From contig NZ_CALAHQ010000066.1 in assembly GCF_937892565.1 (NCBI RefSeq), positions 97,771 to 161,770 of the forward strand: a DNA stretch of 64,000 bases, in the 5' to 3' direction. Made by a program: the position numbers and the translations under genes. Source of the DNA: an uncultured Roseicyclus sp. GTDB taxonomy: Bacteria > Pseudomonadota > Alphaproteobacteria > Rhodobacterales > Rhodobacteraceae. The notes under the pieces are model-generated. The model made no database searches. It saw nothing but the letters and a program-made list of their open reading frames with translations, and was not told where the DNA came from. Shown here one piece after another: positions 19,058-29,140 of this stretch (position 1 is its first letter; each line of letters opens with the position of its first letter).

Positions 19058-19395
19058 GCAGCATGATCAGCTTTGACGATTTCGCGCGCGTCGACATTCG
19101 TGTGGGCACCGTCACCCATGCCGAAGCCTTTCCCGAGGCGCGCAAGCCCGCCATCAAGCTTTGGGTCGATTACGGCCCCGAGATCGGCATCAAGAAAAGC
19201 TCGGCCCAGATCACCGCCCATTACACCCCCGAGGCGCTGGTGGGCCGTCAGGTTCTGGGGGTGGTGAATTTCCCACCCCGCCAGATCGGCCCCTTCATGT
19301 CCGAGGCACTGGTGCTGGGCCTGCATGATACGGGGGGCAAGATCGTGCTGATCGCCCCGGACCAGCCTGTGCCCAACGGAGAAAAGATGTGCTGA
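19054..19395 (+). CDS. tRNA-binding (CsaA/YgjH-like, OB-fold) protein
   Basis: 113 aa. FARVDIRVGTV...KLWVDYG...SSAQIT...GRQVLGVVNFPPRQIG. Confidence 0.8.
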   Translation: MSSMISFDDFARVDIRVGTVTHAEAFPEARKPAIKLWVDYGPEIGIKKSSAQITAHYTPEALVGRQVLGVVNFPPRQIGPFMSEALVLGLHDTGGKIVLIAPDQPVPNGEKMC

Positions 19396-20339
19396 AACTG
19401 CTTGTATCCCGCCGCCTGCCCGAGAGCGTGATGATGGCCGCCGCCGATCACTTTGATGTGACCTGCCGCCCGGTGACGACGCCGATGGATCACGCCGAAT
19501 GCGTGGCAGCCTTGCGCGATTTCGACATCATCTTGCCGACCTTGGGTGATGCCTTTCGCGCCCCGGCCTTTGCCGAGGTCTCTCGGCCCCGCGCGCGGCT
19601 GCTTGCCAATTTCGGGGTGGGCTACAACCACATCGACGTGGCGGCCGCCCGCACCGCCGGGGTGGCCGTGACCAACACGCCCGGTGCCGTGACCGATGCC
19701 ACCGCCGATATCGCGCTGACACTGATCTTGATGACCGCCCGCCGCGCGGGCGCGGGCGAACGGATGCTGCGCGCAGGCCAATGGGCGGGCTGGCACCCGA
19801 CCCAGATGCTGGGCATGCATGTGTCAGGGCGCACGGTCTGCATCATCGGCATGGGCCGTATCGGTCAGGCCATCGCAAGGCGCTGTCATTTCGGCTTTGG
19901 CTGCAAGATCGTCTACGCCAACCGTTCGCCCAAGGCGGTCGATTTCCCCGCACGACAGATGGATATGCCGGCGGCACTGGCCGCCGCCGATATCGTCGTT
20001 CTCGCCACACCGGGCGGGGCCGCGACCCATCACCTGATGGGCGCGCCCGAATTCGCGGCGATGCAGCCCCATGCGATCTTCGTCAATATCAGCCGCGGTG
20101 ATGTGGTGGATGAAACCGCGCTTGTTGCCGCCCTTCAGGCAGGCAAGATCGCGGGCGCGGGCCTTGATGTCTACGAATTCGAACCAAAGGTGCCGCAGGC
20201 GTTCATCGACATGGAAAACGTCACGCTTCTGCCGCATCTGGGCACCGCCGCGCTCGACGTGCGGGAGGATATGGGGCGCATGGCGCTGGACAACTGCATC
20301 GCTCTTGCCCAGGGGCGCGCCCTGCCCAATCCGGTCTGA
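19389..20339 (+). CDS. D-isomer-specific 2-hydroxyacid dehydrogenase (glyoxylate/hydroxypyruvate reductase-like)
   Basis: 316 aa. NAD fold GIIGMGRIGQAIARR. Catalytic region NISRGDVVDE...LPHLGTA. Confidence 0.85.
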   Translation: MLKLLVSRRLPESVMMAAADHFDVTCRPVTTPMDHAECVAALRDFDIILPTLGDAFRAPAFAEVSRPRARLLANFGVGYNHIDVAAARTAGVAVTNTPGAVTDATADIALTLILMTARRAGAGERMLRAGQWAGWHPTQMLGMHVSGRTVCIIGMGRIGQAIARRCHFGFGCKIVYANRSPKAVDFPARQMDMPAALAAADIVVLATPGGAATHHLMGAPEFAAMQPHAIFVNISRGDVVDETALVAALQAGKIAGAGLDVYEFEPKVPQAFIDMENVTLLPHLGTAALDVREDMGRMALDNCIALAQGRALPNPV

Positions 20340-20342
20340 TCG

Positions 20343-20366
20343 CCCCTCTTTGTTTCTGAAGTACTC
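20343..20366 (-). repeat. degenerate copy E of the same repeat (reverse complement GAGTACTTCAGAAACAAAGAGGGG)
   Basis: About 16 of 22 core positions match copy A. It sits in the convergent spacer between the dehydrogenase gene and tdk, next to a GC hairpin. Confidence 0.45.
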
Positions 20367-20422
20367 TGCGACCCGGGGGGCAAAGCCCCCCGGCGGGTCG
20401 CGGCCCGCAGGCGGCGAAACCC

Positions 20423-21013
20423 TCAGCCGGGGGGCTTCTCGCCGGTTGCCTCGCGGAAATGCCTGCGGCACAGGCTGACATAGCGGTCATTGCCGCCCAC
20501 CTCGATCTGGGCGCCCTCGGTCAGGGCGTTTCCGTCGGCATCGATGCGGATCACCATCGTGGCCTTGCGCCCGCAATGACAGATCGTGCGCACCTCGCGC
20601 ATCTCGTCGGCCAGCGCCAGCAGCGCGGCAGAGCCGGGGAACAGCTCGCCCCGGAAATCGACGCGCAGCCCGTAGCACATCACCGGCACGCCCAGATCAT
20701 CGACCGCGCGCGCCAGTTGCCAGACCTGCGCGCGCGTCAGCCATTGCGCCTCGTCGATCAGCACACAGGCGCATGGGCCCATGGCAAGCCGGTCCTCGAT
20801 CTTTTCGAACAGGTCGCAAGACTGGCTGTAGGTATCGGCCTCGGCCTCGATCCCGATGCGGCTTCCGATCCGGCCCCGGCCCGCGCGATCATCGAAATTC
20901 GCGGTCATCAGATAGGTCTGCATGCCCCGTTCGATGTAGTTGTAGGATGCCTGAAGCAGCAGGGTCGATTTCCCCGCATTCATGGTCGAGTAGTGGAAAT
21001 AGAGCTTGGCCAT
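20423..21013 (-). CDS. tdk: thymidine kinase
   Basis: 196 aa from MAKLYFHYSTMNAGKST (P-loop). DEAQW motif. C-terminal zinc ribbon CHCG...CRRH. Confidence 0.9.
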   Translation of the reverse strand: MAKLYFHYSTMNAGKSTLLLQASYNYIERGMQTYLMTANFDDRAGRGRIGSRIGIEAEADTYSQSCDLFEKIEDRLAMGPCACVLIDEAQWLTRAQVWQLARAVDDLGVPVMCYGLRVDFRGELFPGSAALLALADEMREVRTICHCGRKATMVIRIDADGNALTEGAQIEVGGNDRYVSLCRRHFREATGEKPPG

Positions 21014-21124
21014 GGGTTGCTTGTGCCTCAGGCGAGGGGATCGGGCAAGATGGGGGCGGCGGTGGCCTGCGCTTGACAGGGGCGGCAAACTGGCCACCTT
21101 GCCCGCAAGATCAAGGAGAGCCAC

Positions 21125-22414
21125 GTGTCCCGCAACCCGCCGCCCTTTTCCCGGTTCGAATTTCTGATCGCGTGGCGCTATTTGCGCGCGCGCCGGGCCG
21201 AAGGCGGGGTCAGCACCATGACCATCATCAGCTTTCTGGGCATCACGCTGGCGGTGGCCGCCCTGATTGCGACCTTGGCGGTACGCTCGGGGTTTCGCCA
21301 TGAATTCGTCGGCACGATCTTGGGCGCGAATGCGCATATCAGTGTCTATGACCGGGCGGAATTCGATGCTGCGGGTCGCGCGGATCGCCGGTTCGAAGAT
21401 TATGGCGCCGCCGCTCTGGCCATTGCCGCATTGCCCGGCGTGGATCATGCGGCCGCGGTCATTCGCGGTCAGGTGATGGCCAGCCACGAGGGGCGCAATG
21501 CCGGGGTCGAAGTGATCGGGATCACGGCGGCGGATCTGGGCCGCGTGCCTTTGGTCGCCGCCCCCGAACGCGCGCTGGGCGATCTGGCGGGTTTCGGCAC
21601 GGGCGAAGGGATCGCCATCGGCATGGGGGTGGCGCGCGAACTGGGCGTGCAGATCGGCGACAGGCTGCGGCTGATTTCGCCCGATGGTGCGCGCACCCCC
21701 TTTGGCACCAGCCCGCGGGTTTCGGCCCATGAGGTGGTCTATATCTTTCAGGTTGGTCGCTGGGATATCGACCGGGTGCGCGTCTACATGCCCTTTGAGC
21801 AAGCACAGCTTTATTTCAACCGCGACGGCGTCGCCGATGAGATCGAGGTGTTTCTCGACGACCCCGAAGCGGTCGATCAGATGGTGCTGCCGGTGATCAT
21901 GGCTGGGGGCGATGTGTCGGTCTGGACATGGCGCGACAGCTCGGGGGCGTTCTTGCAGGCGCTGCAAATGGAGGACAACATCATGTTCATCATCCTGTCC
22001 ATCCTGGTGTTGATCGCCACCATGAACATCGTGTCCGGCCTGATCATGCTGGTGAAGAACAAATCGCGCGACATCGGCATCTTGCGCACCATGGGCCTGT
22101 CCGAGGGGTCGGTCTTGCGGGTGTTCTTCTTGTGCGGATCCTCGATCGGGGTGGCGGGCACGCTGGCCGGTGTGGCCTTGGGCTGTGGCTTTGCGATCTG
22201 GATCGACCCGATTTTCAGCGCGGTCAACTGGATCGCGGGGGGCGGGGTCTGGGACCCGTCGGTGCGGTTGATATCCGCGCTGCCCGCGCGGCTGGAATGG
22301 GGCGATGTGGGATCAGCGGTGGCGCTGGCGCTGGGCTTGTCGTTTGTCGTGACCATTTTTCCGGCGCGGCGCGCGGCGCGGATGAACCCGGTCGAGGCGC
22401 TGCGCCATGACTGA
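21125..22414 (+). CDS. lipoprotein-releasing ABC transporter permease (LolC/E family)
   Basis: GTG start. 429 aa with [14 protein letters not shown], a MacB-like periplasmic domain and a C-terminal FtsX-type 3-TM bundle. Confidence 0.85.
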   Translation: MSRNPPPFSRFEFLIAWRYLRARRAEGGVSTMTIISFLGITLAVAALIATLAVRSGFRHEFVGTILGANAHISVYDRAEFDAAGRADRRFEDYGAAALAIAALPGVDHAAAVIRGQVMASHEGRNAGVEVIGITAADLGRVPLVAAPERALGDLAGFGTGEGIAIGMGVARELGVQIGDRLRLISPDGARTPFGTSPRVSAHEVVYIFQVGRWDIDRVRVYMPFEQAQLYFNRDGVADEIEVFLDDPEAVDQMVLPVIMAGGDVSVWTWRDSSGAFLQALQMEDNIMFIILSILVLIATMNIVSGLIMLVKNKSRDIGILRTMGLSEGSVLRVFFLCGSSIGVAGTLAGVALGCGFAIWIDPIFSAVNWIAGGGVWDPSVRLISALPARLEWGDVGSAVALALGLSFVVTIFPARRAARMNPVEALRHD

Positions 22415-23090
22415 GGCGGTGTTGCGGCTGTCGGGGGTCGAAAAGGGCTACAAGATCGGCCGCCCCGGCGAGGTGCGCGTGTTGCGCGGGGCCTGTGTCA
22501 GCATTGCAGCGGGCGAGGTGGTGGGGCTTGTCGCGCCGTCGGGCGCGGGAAAATCCACGCTGCTGCATATCGCGGGGCTGCTCGACACGCCTGATGCGGG
22601 ACAGGTCGAGATTTGCGGTCAGGATCTGACGCGCGCCGCAGACAGCGCGCGCACGGCCGTCCGGCGGGGGCTGGTGGGGTTTGTCTATCAGTTTCATCAT
22701 CTCTTGCCGGAATTCAGCGCGGCCGAAAACATCGTGCTGCCGCAACTGGCCAATGGCGTGAGCATGGCGGCGGCCTCGGCGCGGGCGGATGATCTTCTGG
22801 CGGCGGTGGGCCTGTCGGCGCGCAAGGCGCACAGACCGGCGGAATTGTCAGGCGGTGAACAGCAGCGCGTCGCCTTTTGCCGGGCGCTGGCCAACAGCCC
22901 GCGGCTTTTGCTGGCCGATGAGCCGACCGGAAACCTTGATCCCGACACATCCGACAGGGTGTTTGACACGCTGATGGGCTTGGTGCGCGACACGGGCATG
23001 GCCGCGCTGATCGCCACGCACAACCCGCTGCTGGCCGCGCGCATGGATCGGCGCGTCCGGCTCGAAAACGGGGTTCTGGTGCCTGCCTGA
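22407..23090 (+). CDS. lolD: lipoprotein-releasing ABC transporter ATP-binding protein
   Basis: Walker [13 protein letters not shown], signature [15 protein letters not shown], Walker [13 protein letters not shown]. Confidence 0.9.
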   Translation: MTEAVLRLSGVEKGYKIGRPGEVRVLRGACVSIAAGEVVGLVAPSGAGKSTLLHIAGLLDTPDAGQVEICGQDLTRAADSARTAVRRGLVGFVYQFHHLLPEFSAAENIVLPQLANGVSMAAASARADDLLAAVGLSARKAHRPAELSGGEQQRVAFCRALANSPRLLLADEPTGNLDPDTSDRVFDTLMGLVRDTGMAALIATHNPLLAARMDRRVRLENGVLVPA

Positions 23091-23118
23091 GGGCCGGCCC
23101 CCTGACGGACCGGCGTCC

Positions 23119-24096
23119 TCAGGTCACGACGACAGGCTCGGGGGGATATGCCCCGAAATGCGACAAGATTGCCGCAAGCACCTGTTGGCGGCGTTCGGGC
23201 GCCTCAAGCAACAGTTCATGTTCCGCGCCCTCGATGGTGCGCAGCCCGCCACCCGGCCATGCCGCCATGCGGCGTTCGATCGCCGCATTGACCACGATCT
23301 TTTCGCGGCTGGCCATCAGCGCCAGCGCCGGAACATCCGGGGCGGGGCGGTCGAGCAGCGCGGCGGTTTCGCGCAAGGCCGCGCGCAGCCACATGTTCGA
23401 CGGCCCCCCCAACCGCAGTTCGCGATAGCGGGCCAGCTGGCGCGCCATGTAGTCGAATTGCGCGCGGTCGGTGGTCAGGGGGTTGTCGTCGAATTCCATC
23501 ACCTTGTAGGGGCCGGTCGTGGCGGCAAAGGCCTTGCCCATGCCCATCGGCACGGCCAGTGTCAGAAGCGGGCCGCTGATCGCCCTGAGCGCGGGGTGCA
23601 TCGCGATGCCCCACATCGGCGCGGAAAAGGCCGCCGCCTGCACCGGCAAGCCGTCATGAAGCGCGCGCAACCCGATGGCGCCCCCCATCGAATGGCCGAT
23701 CAGGAACCACGGCTTTGGCGCGCCCAAACCTTCGAGCGCCGCGCGAAAGGCTGCGACATCGGCGCGGTAGTCATCGAAGCTGGTGACATGGCCCATGTCG
23801 GCGCGATGGGCCGGGCGGTCGGCCAGCCCCTGACCGCGCCAGTCGAAGGCCGCCATGCCATAGCCCGCAGCGGCCAGATCATCGGCCAGTCGGCCATATT
23901 TCTCGCAATATTCGGTGCGCCCGGGAAAAAGCAGGATCGTTGCCTTGGCCCCGCCCGGCCACAGCGCCATCCGAAGCCTTGTGCCATCGGCGGCCTGCAC
24001 CCAAAAAGCGCGCGCATCCGCGGGCCCTTCTGCCACATCGTGGAAAAAGGGCGCGGGCTCAAGCAGGCTGGTCCGGGCGCTGCCCTTGGCCATCAT
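23119..24096 (-). CDS. alpha/beta hydrolase (lysophospholipase/monoacylglycerol-lipase-like)
   Basis: 325 aa. LLFPGRTEYCEKY and the nucleophile elbow GHSMGG. Confidence 0.75.
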   Translation of the reverse strand: MMAKGSARTSLLEPAPFFHDVAEGPADARAFWVQAADGTRLRMALWPGGAKATILLFPGRTEYCEKYGRLADDLAAAGYGMAAFDWRGQGLADRPAHRADMGHVTSFDDYRADVAAFRAALEGLGAPKPWFLIGHSMGGAIGLRALHDGLPVQAAAFSAPMWGIAMHPALRAISGPLLTLAVPMGMGKAFAATTGPYKVMEFDDNPLTTDRAQFDYMARQLARYRELRLGGPSNMWLRAALRETAALLDRPAPDVPALALMASREKIVVNAAIERRMAAWPGGGLRTIEGAEHELLLEAPERRQQVLAAILSHFGAYPPEPVVVT

Positions 24097-24383
24097 CCCA
24101 GCGCCGAGCCAAGCCGCATGGCGGTGCCCATATCGCCCTCGAGCTTGAGTTTGCCCGACATGAAGGCCATCGCCGGGTTCACATTGCCCGCGAGGATGCC
24201 CTGAAAGGTATCGGCGCTGGCGGTCATGGTGACATCGGCCTCTTCGCCATCATCGGCTGCGCGCACGCCGCCGCCATCCACGATCAAGGCCCCCGCACCT
24301 TCGATCACGAATTTGGCCGATCCGTCGAACCCATCCGCCAGTTTCGCCGACAGCGCGGCAACCGCTTCATCGATCATGCTCAT
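24093..24383 (-). CDS. SCP2 sterol-binding-domain protein
   Basis: 96 aa from MSMIDEAVAAL. C-terminal NPAMAFMSGKLKLEGDMGTAMRL is the classic SCP2 motif. Confidence 0.7.
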   Translation of the reverse strand: MSMIDEAVAALSAKLADGFDGSAKFVIEGAGALIVDGGGVRAADDGEEADVTMTASADTFQGILAGNVNPAMAFMSGKLKLEGDMGTAMRLGSALG

Positions 24384-24467
24384 CTGTTTGGTCCCTTTCC
24401 GTTTCATCTGTGTCGCTCGCGCGGGATTGATATGGAATGGCTGCGCGAACATGCTACGTGATGCAGC

Positions 24468-25040
24468 ATGCGGTCGATTGCGCGCCTTCACAATATTGCC
24501 CTTGCGGCAGCGCTTTGTGCGCTGTCGCTTCTGGCCTGTCCGAATGTGGCGCAAGCGCAGGTGCCGACCACGGCGGATGCGCTTCTGGATCGGCTTGCCA
24601 CGCCTGATTTGCGCAATTGGGACGTGGTCGAGGATGAAATCATGATGGTCTGGTCGCGCTCGGGGTCGGCGGCGGGGGATTACCTGCTGGAACGCGGGCG
24701 CGCGGCCTTGGCCGATGGCGATCTGCAAGCGGCCCATGATCACTTGACCGCCTTGACCGATCACGTCCCCGATTTTGCCGAAGGCTGGAACGCGCGCGCG
24801 ACGTTGTTTTTCGAACTGGATCGCTATGGACCCGCCATCGCCGATATCCAGCGGGTGCTGGCGCTGGAGCCACGCCATTTCGGGGCGCTGACCGGCCTTG
24901 GCTTCATTTTCGAAGAGATGGGCGATCTGGATGGCGCACTGGCTGCCTTTCGGGCGGCACAGGCTATACATCCCCACCGCGAGGAAATAAACGCATCCGT
25001 GGCGCGGGTTTCCCGCGCGCTGGAGGGTGCGGCGCTCTGA
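24468..25040 (+). CDS. secreted TPR-repeat protein
   Basis: Signal peptide (...CPNVAQA-QV), then TPR-like helices (AEGWNARATLFFELDRYGPAIADIQRVLALEPRHFGALTGLGFIFEEMGD). Confidence 0.65.
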   Translation: MRSIARLHNIALAAALCALSLLACPNVAQAQVPTTADALLDRLATPDLRNWDVVEDEIMMVWSRSGSAAGDYLLERGRAALADGDLQAAHDHLTALTDHVPDFAEGWNARATLFFELDRYGPAIADIQRVLALEPRHFGALTGLGFIFEEMGDLDGALAAFRAAQAIHPHREEINASVARVSRALEGAAL

Positions 25041-25079
25041 CGCCCATCCGCCGCCGGGACAGCCACAGGGGCGCAACGC

Positions 25080-28016
25080 ATGGATGCCAGCTTGACGGGC
25101 AAGGGCCGCATCGTGGCCGTTCTGGGCCCGACCAACACCGGCAAGACGCATTACGCCATCGAGCGGATGCTGGCCCATCGCACGGGCATCATCGGCCTGC
25201 CGCTGCGCTTGCTTGCGCGCGAGGTCTATGACCGCATCGTCGGCTTGCGCGGCCCGTCGGTGGTGGCCCTCGTCACGGGCGAAGAACGCATCGTGCCCGA
25301 ACGCACGCAATACTGGGTCTGCACGGTCGAGGCGATGCCGGTGGGGCTTGGCGCCGATTTCGTGGCGATCGATGAAATCCAGCTTTGCGCCGATCCCGAA
25401 CGCGGCCATGTGTTTACCGACCGGCTGCTGCATGCGCGCGGGCATCACGAAACGCTGTTTCTGGGCGCGGCCACCATGCGCGGCGCGATTGCTGCATTGG
25501 TACCACGCGCGCAATTCGTCGGGCGGGAACGGTTTTCTCAGCTGATCTACACCGGATCGAAAAAGGTCAGCCGCATGCCGCCGCGCAGTGCGATCGTCGG
25601 ATTCTCGGTCGAGAATGTCTATGCCATGGCCGAGCTGTTGCGCCGTCAAAAGGGGGGCGCAGCGGTGGTGATGGGCGCGCTTTCCCCCCGCACGCGCAAT
25701 GCACAGGTCGAGATGTATCAAAATGGCGATGTGGACCTGTTGGTGGCCACCGATGCCATCGGCATGGGGCTGAACCTTGATATCCGGCATGTCGCCTTTT
25801 CGGGGCTGCGCAAGTTCGACGGGCGGCGCATGCGCGACCTGTTGCCCAATGAGCTGGCGCAGATCGCGGGCCGCGCCGGGCGCTACACGCAAGACGGCAG
25901 CTTCGGCGTCACCGGCGAGGCGCCACCTTTGGACGACGAGCTTGCGCAAGCCATCCAAGATCACCGCTTTGCCCCTGTGCGCAAGCTGCATTGGCGCAAT
26001 TCCGCGCTGGAATTCGGATCGGTCGAGCGGCTGATCGCCTCGCTCGAGGCGCCGGCCGAGGATGATTGGCTGACCCGCGCGCGCGAGGCGGATGACCTCA
26101 TGGCGCTGAAAACCATCGTGCAGCGCGACGACATGCGCGCACGTCTGGGCACGGCGCGCGAGGTGCGCTTGCTGTGGGATGTGTGCCGCATTCCGGATTT
26201 TCGGGGCATCAGCCATGCCGAACATGCGGAATTGCTGGGACGAATCTATGATTTCCTGCATGATCTGGGCCGGGTGCCCGACGATTGGCTGGCCCGACAG
26301 GTCAAGCGGATCGATCGCGTCGAAGGCGATATCGACGCCTTGTCAAAGCGGCTCGCCTATATCCGCACCTGGACCTATGTGGCACAGCGTGATGGATGGG
26401 TGGACGATGTTGCCCATTGGCGCGGCGCCACCCGTGCCGTAGAAGACCGCCTGTCGGATGCGCTGCACGGCGCGTTGACGCAACGATTTGTCGATCGGCG
26501 GACGAGCGTGCTGCTCCGCCGGTTGAAGCAGAAGGAGAGCCTTGTGGCTGATGTGAACGACAAGGGTGAGGTAACGGTCGAGGGGCAGGTCCTGGGCCGG
26601 ATCGAGGGCTTCCGCTTCCGTCAGGACCAGACCGCCGGACCCGATGAGGCCAAAACGCTGCGCCAGGCGGCGATAGCGGCCTTGCGCCCCGAGTTTCATC
26701 TGCGCGCCGACCGCTTTTACAACGCGCCCGATACCGAGTTTGACCTGACCGAACAGGGCGGGCTGATGTGGGGCGATCAGGCGATCGGCAAGCTGGTCCG
26801 CGGCGAAGAGGCGCTCAAGCCCGTGGCCGACGCCTTTGTCGACGACGAAGCCGGGCCAGAGGTGATGCAAAAGGTGCAGCGCCGCCTGCAACATTTCATC
26901 GACCGCCGCATCGCCGCCCAGTTCGAGCCGCTTCTGGCGCTTTCGCGCGATGAGGCGATCACCGGTCTGGCGCGTGGCGTGGCATTCCGCATGCTGGAAA
27001 GCTTCGGCATCGTGGCGCGCGCCGAGATCGGCGATGACATCAAATCGCTCGACCAGGATGCCCGTGGCATGCTGCGAAAGCATGGTGTGCGCTTTGGTCA
27101 GTTCACGATCTTCTTGCCGCTGTTGCTCAAGCCCGCGCCGACCCGGTTGCGGCTTGTGCTCTGGGGGCTGTGGCAGGGGCTGGACATGTTCCCCGAAAGC
27201 CCGCCGCCGGGTTTGGTGACCATCCCGCACGACACCCGCCAGCCGCAGGGCTATTACACCATGTCGGGCTACCGCCCGGCGGCCGCGCGCGCGATCCGCA
27301 TCGACATGCTGGAACGGTTGGCCGATATGCTGCGCAGCAAGGACACGCGCGCAGGTTTTGAGGCGACGGCGGATATGCTGTCGATCACGGGGCTGACGCT
27401 GGAACAATTCGCCGAACTGATGGGCGGCTTGGGTTACCGTGCCGAACGCGGCGAACGGCCCAAGATCAGGGCCACGGCCACGGCCGCCGCAAGCGACACC
27501 CCCGATCCCGTGCCGACCGAGATCCCGGTCGAGCCGCCGGTGGAAACCCCGATGCCCACCCCGGTCGAGACCCCGACCGAGGCCCCCGTCGAAGTCCCGG
27601 TGCAACAGCCCGACGAAGCCCCGCAAGAGACCCCCACCGAAGTGCCGGGCGAGATCCCGGGCGAACAGGCCGCCACGGCTGTCGAAAGCGAAGTGTTTTA
27701 CACCTTTACCTGGGCACCGCGGCGTCCGGCTGGCGCCGGTCGCGGTCCCCGCAAGAGCGATGCCGCCAAGCCCTCTGACGAAGGCCGCAAGCCGCGCGAC
27801 GTGCAAGCCAAACCGCGCGAGGATAGCGGCAAACCCCGTTTCGACAGGGGTGAAAAACCCCGTGGCAAGGGTGGCAAACCCCCGCGCGGCAAGGGCGAAA
27901 AACCCCCGCGCGACGACGCGACCAAGACCTTTACCGCCCGGCCCGAACAGCGCGACCGGATTGACCCCGACAATCCCTTTGCTCAGGCCTTGGCCGGCCT
28001 CAAGGTCAAGCCCTGA
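25080..28016 (+). CDS. SUV3-like ATP-dependent (RNA) helicase with a long low-complexity C-terminal tail
   Basis: 978 aa. Walker A GPTNTGKTH, DEIQ box, helicase C motifs (ATDAIGMGLNLD, QIAGRAGR). The tail is described under findings. Confidence 0.8.
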   Translation: MDASLTGKGRIVAVLGPTNTGKTHYAIERMLAHRTGIIGLPLRLLAREVYDRIVGLRGPSVVALVTGEERIVPERTQYWVCTVEAMPVGLGADFVAIDEIQLCADPERGHVFTDRLLHARGHHETLFLGAATMRGAIAALVPRAQFVGRERFSQLIYTGSKKVSRMPPRSAIVGFSVENVYAMAELLRRQKGGAAVVMGALSPRTRNAQVEMYQNGDVDLLVATDAIGMGLNLDIRHVAFSGLRKFDGRRMRDLLPNELAQIAGRAGRYTQDGSFGVTGEAPPLDDELAQAIQDHRFAPVRKLHWRNSALEFGSVERLIASLEAPAEDDWLTRAREADDLMALKTIVQRDDMRARLGTAREVRLLWDVCRIPDFRGISHAEHAELLGRIYDFLHDLGRVPDDWLARQVKRIDRVEGDIDALSKRLAYIRTWTYVAQRDGWVDDVAHWRGATRAVEDRLSDALHGALTQRFVDRRTSVLLRRLKQKESLVADVNDKGEVTVEGQVLGRIEGFRFRQDQTAGPDEAKTLRQAAIAALRPEFHLRADRFYNAPDTEFDLTEQGGLMWGDQAIGKLVRGEEALKPVADAFVDDEAGPEVMQKVQRRLQHFIDRRIAAQFEPLLALSRDEAITGLARGVAFRMLESFGIVARAEIGDDIKSLDQDARGMLRKHGVRFGQFTIFLPLLLKPAPTRLRLVLWGLWQGLDMFPESPPPGLVTIPHDTRQPQGYYTMSGYRPAAARAIRIDMLERLADMLRSKDTRAGFEATADMLSITGLTLEQFAELMGGLGYRAERGERPKIRATATAAASDTPDPVPTEIPVEPPVETPMPTPVETPTEAPVEVPVQQPDEAPQETPTEVPGEIPGEQAATAVESEVFYTFTWAPRRPAGAGRGPRKSDAAKPSDEGRKPRDVQAKPREDSGKPRFDRGEKPRGKGGKPPRGKGEKPPRDDATKTFTARPEQRDRIDPDNPFAQALAGLKVKP

Positions 28017-28039
28017 CAGGCCCCCGCCCCACCGAACGT

Positions 28040-28390
28040 TTGGACAAGTGGCTGTGGCAGGCGCGGTTTTTCAAGTCGCGCAGCCTTGCCACCAAATTGG
28101 TCGCTGACGGGCAGGTGCGGGTGAATGGCCAGCGGGTGAGCAAGCCCGCCACGCCTGTTGGCGCCGGCGATGTGCTGACATTCGCCCAAGGCGCCCGGGT
28201 GCGCGTGATCGCGGTTGTTGCGCTGGCCATCCGTCGTGGTCCCGCCCCCGAAGCACAGGCGCTCTATGAGGATCTGACGCCGCCGCCCGAACCGGGCATG
28301 CCCGAACCCACGCGGATCGGGCCACGCCCGACCAAGCGGGACCGCCGCGCAATTGATGCCCTGCAAGCCGAGGACGACCCTGACGGCTAA
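28040..28390 (+). CDS. S4-domain RNA-binding protein (Hsp15/HslR-like)
   Basis: TTG start. LDKWLWQARFFKSRSLATKLVADGQVRVNGQRV is a typical S4 motif. The exact start is uncertain. Confidence 0.75.
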   Translation: MDKWLWQARFFKSRSLATKLVADGQVRVNGQRVSKPATPVGAGDVLTFAQGARVRVIAVVALAIRRGPAPEAQALYEDLTPPPEPGMPEPTRIGPRPTKRDRRAIDALQAEDDPDG

Positions 28391-28421
28391 GATCAGCGCG
28401 CCGCAAGAAATCGCTTGAAAG

Positions 28422-28441
28422 GTGTAAACTCAAGTTTACAC
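28422..28441. promoter_or_regulatory. 20-bp palindrome GTGTAAACT-CA-AGTTTACAC upstream of fdxA
   Basis: 9-bp perfect arms. It contains a TGT-N12-ACA core. It lies 90 nt upstream of the fdxA ATG. Confidence 0.35.
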
Positions 28442-28530
28442 TCTGCCGCAGGCTGTGCAGCGTGCCCACCCTTGCAAAGGCGATTTCGCTGGCGTAGCAG
28501 ACCAGACAGACAACCAGATGAGGATGTTCG

Positions 28531-28866
28531 ATGACCTATGTCGTGACGGAAAATTGCATCGCCTGCAAATACACCGATTGCGTGGAGGTCTGCCCCGTGG
28601 ATTGTTTCTACGAGGGCGCGAACATGCTGGTGATCCACCCCGATGAGTGCATCGATTGCGGTGTGTGCGAACCCGAATGCCCCGCCGACGCGATCCGCCC
28701 CGACACCGAACCAGACATGGAGCGCTGGGTGGAATTCAACCGCAAATATTCCGAGCTGTGGCCGGTCATCATCACCCGCAAGGATCCACTGCCCGACGCC
28801 GAGGCGATGGACGGCAAGGCGGGCAAGATGGATTTGCTGTCGCAAGCCCCCGGTGCGGGCGGTTGA
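28531..28866 (+). CDS. fdxA: 7Fe ferredoxin ([3Fe-4S][4Fe-4S])
   Basis: [29 protein letters not shown]...[12 protein letters not shown], the canonical FdxA cysteine pattern. Confidence 0.9.
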   Translation: MTYVVTENCIACKYTDCVEVCPVDCFYEGANMLVIHPDECIDCGVCEPECPADAIRPDTEPDMERWVEFNRKYSELWPVIITRKDPLPDAEAMDGKAGKMDLLSQAPGAGG

Positions 28867-29140
28867 TACCCCGATTCGCGCCAGTCTTGGGGCTCAATGG
28901 CCCGATTGCATTGCCATAATTCCTGTATTTTCAGGGTTTATTCAGCCTTGCTGCGCGCTTCGCTGGAAATGTGGCCTGTGACGTGCTATGTTTCCATGCA
29001 GCAAGACGTGTCTATCCATAACCCATCGCAGGTCCGCAAACCTGTTCTGCCTTCCTCACGCATCACGACTGTCTATGGAAAGCCTCGGGTTTCCTAGGGC
29101 GTGTTGTCGCGTGATGCCGGAGGCGCAAAAGGAAACAAGA

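Noticed and set aside
28897-29097. 66-aa ORF in the fdxA-carD spacer, and other short track ORFs in the long spacers (13722..14021, 17241..17426, 17398..17628).
   Set aside because: None has an RBS, their composition looks random or Arg-rich, and none shows a recognisable family signature.
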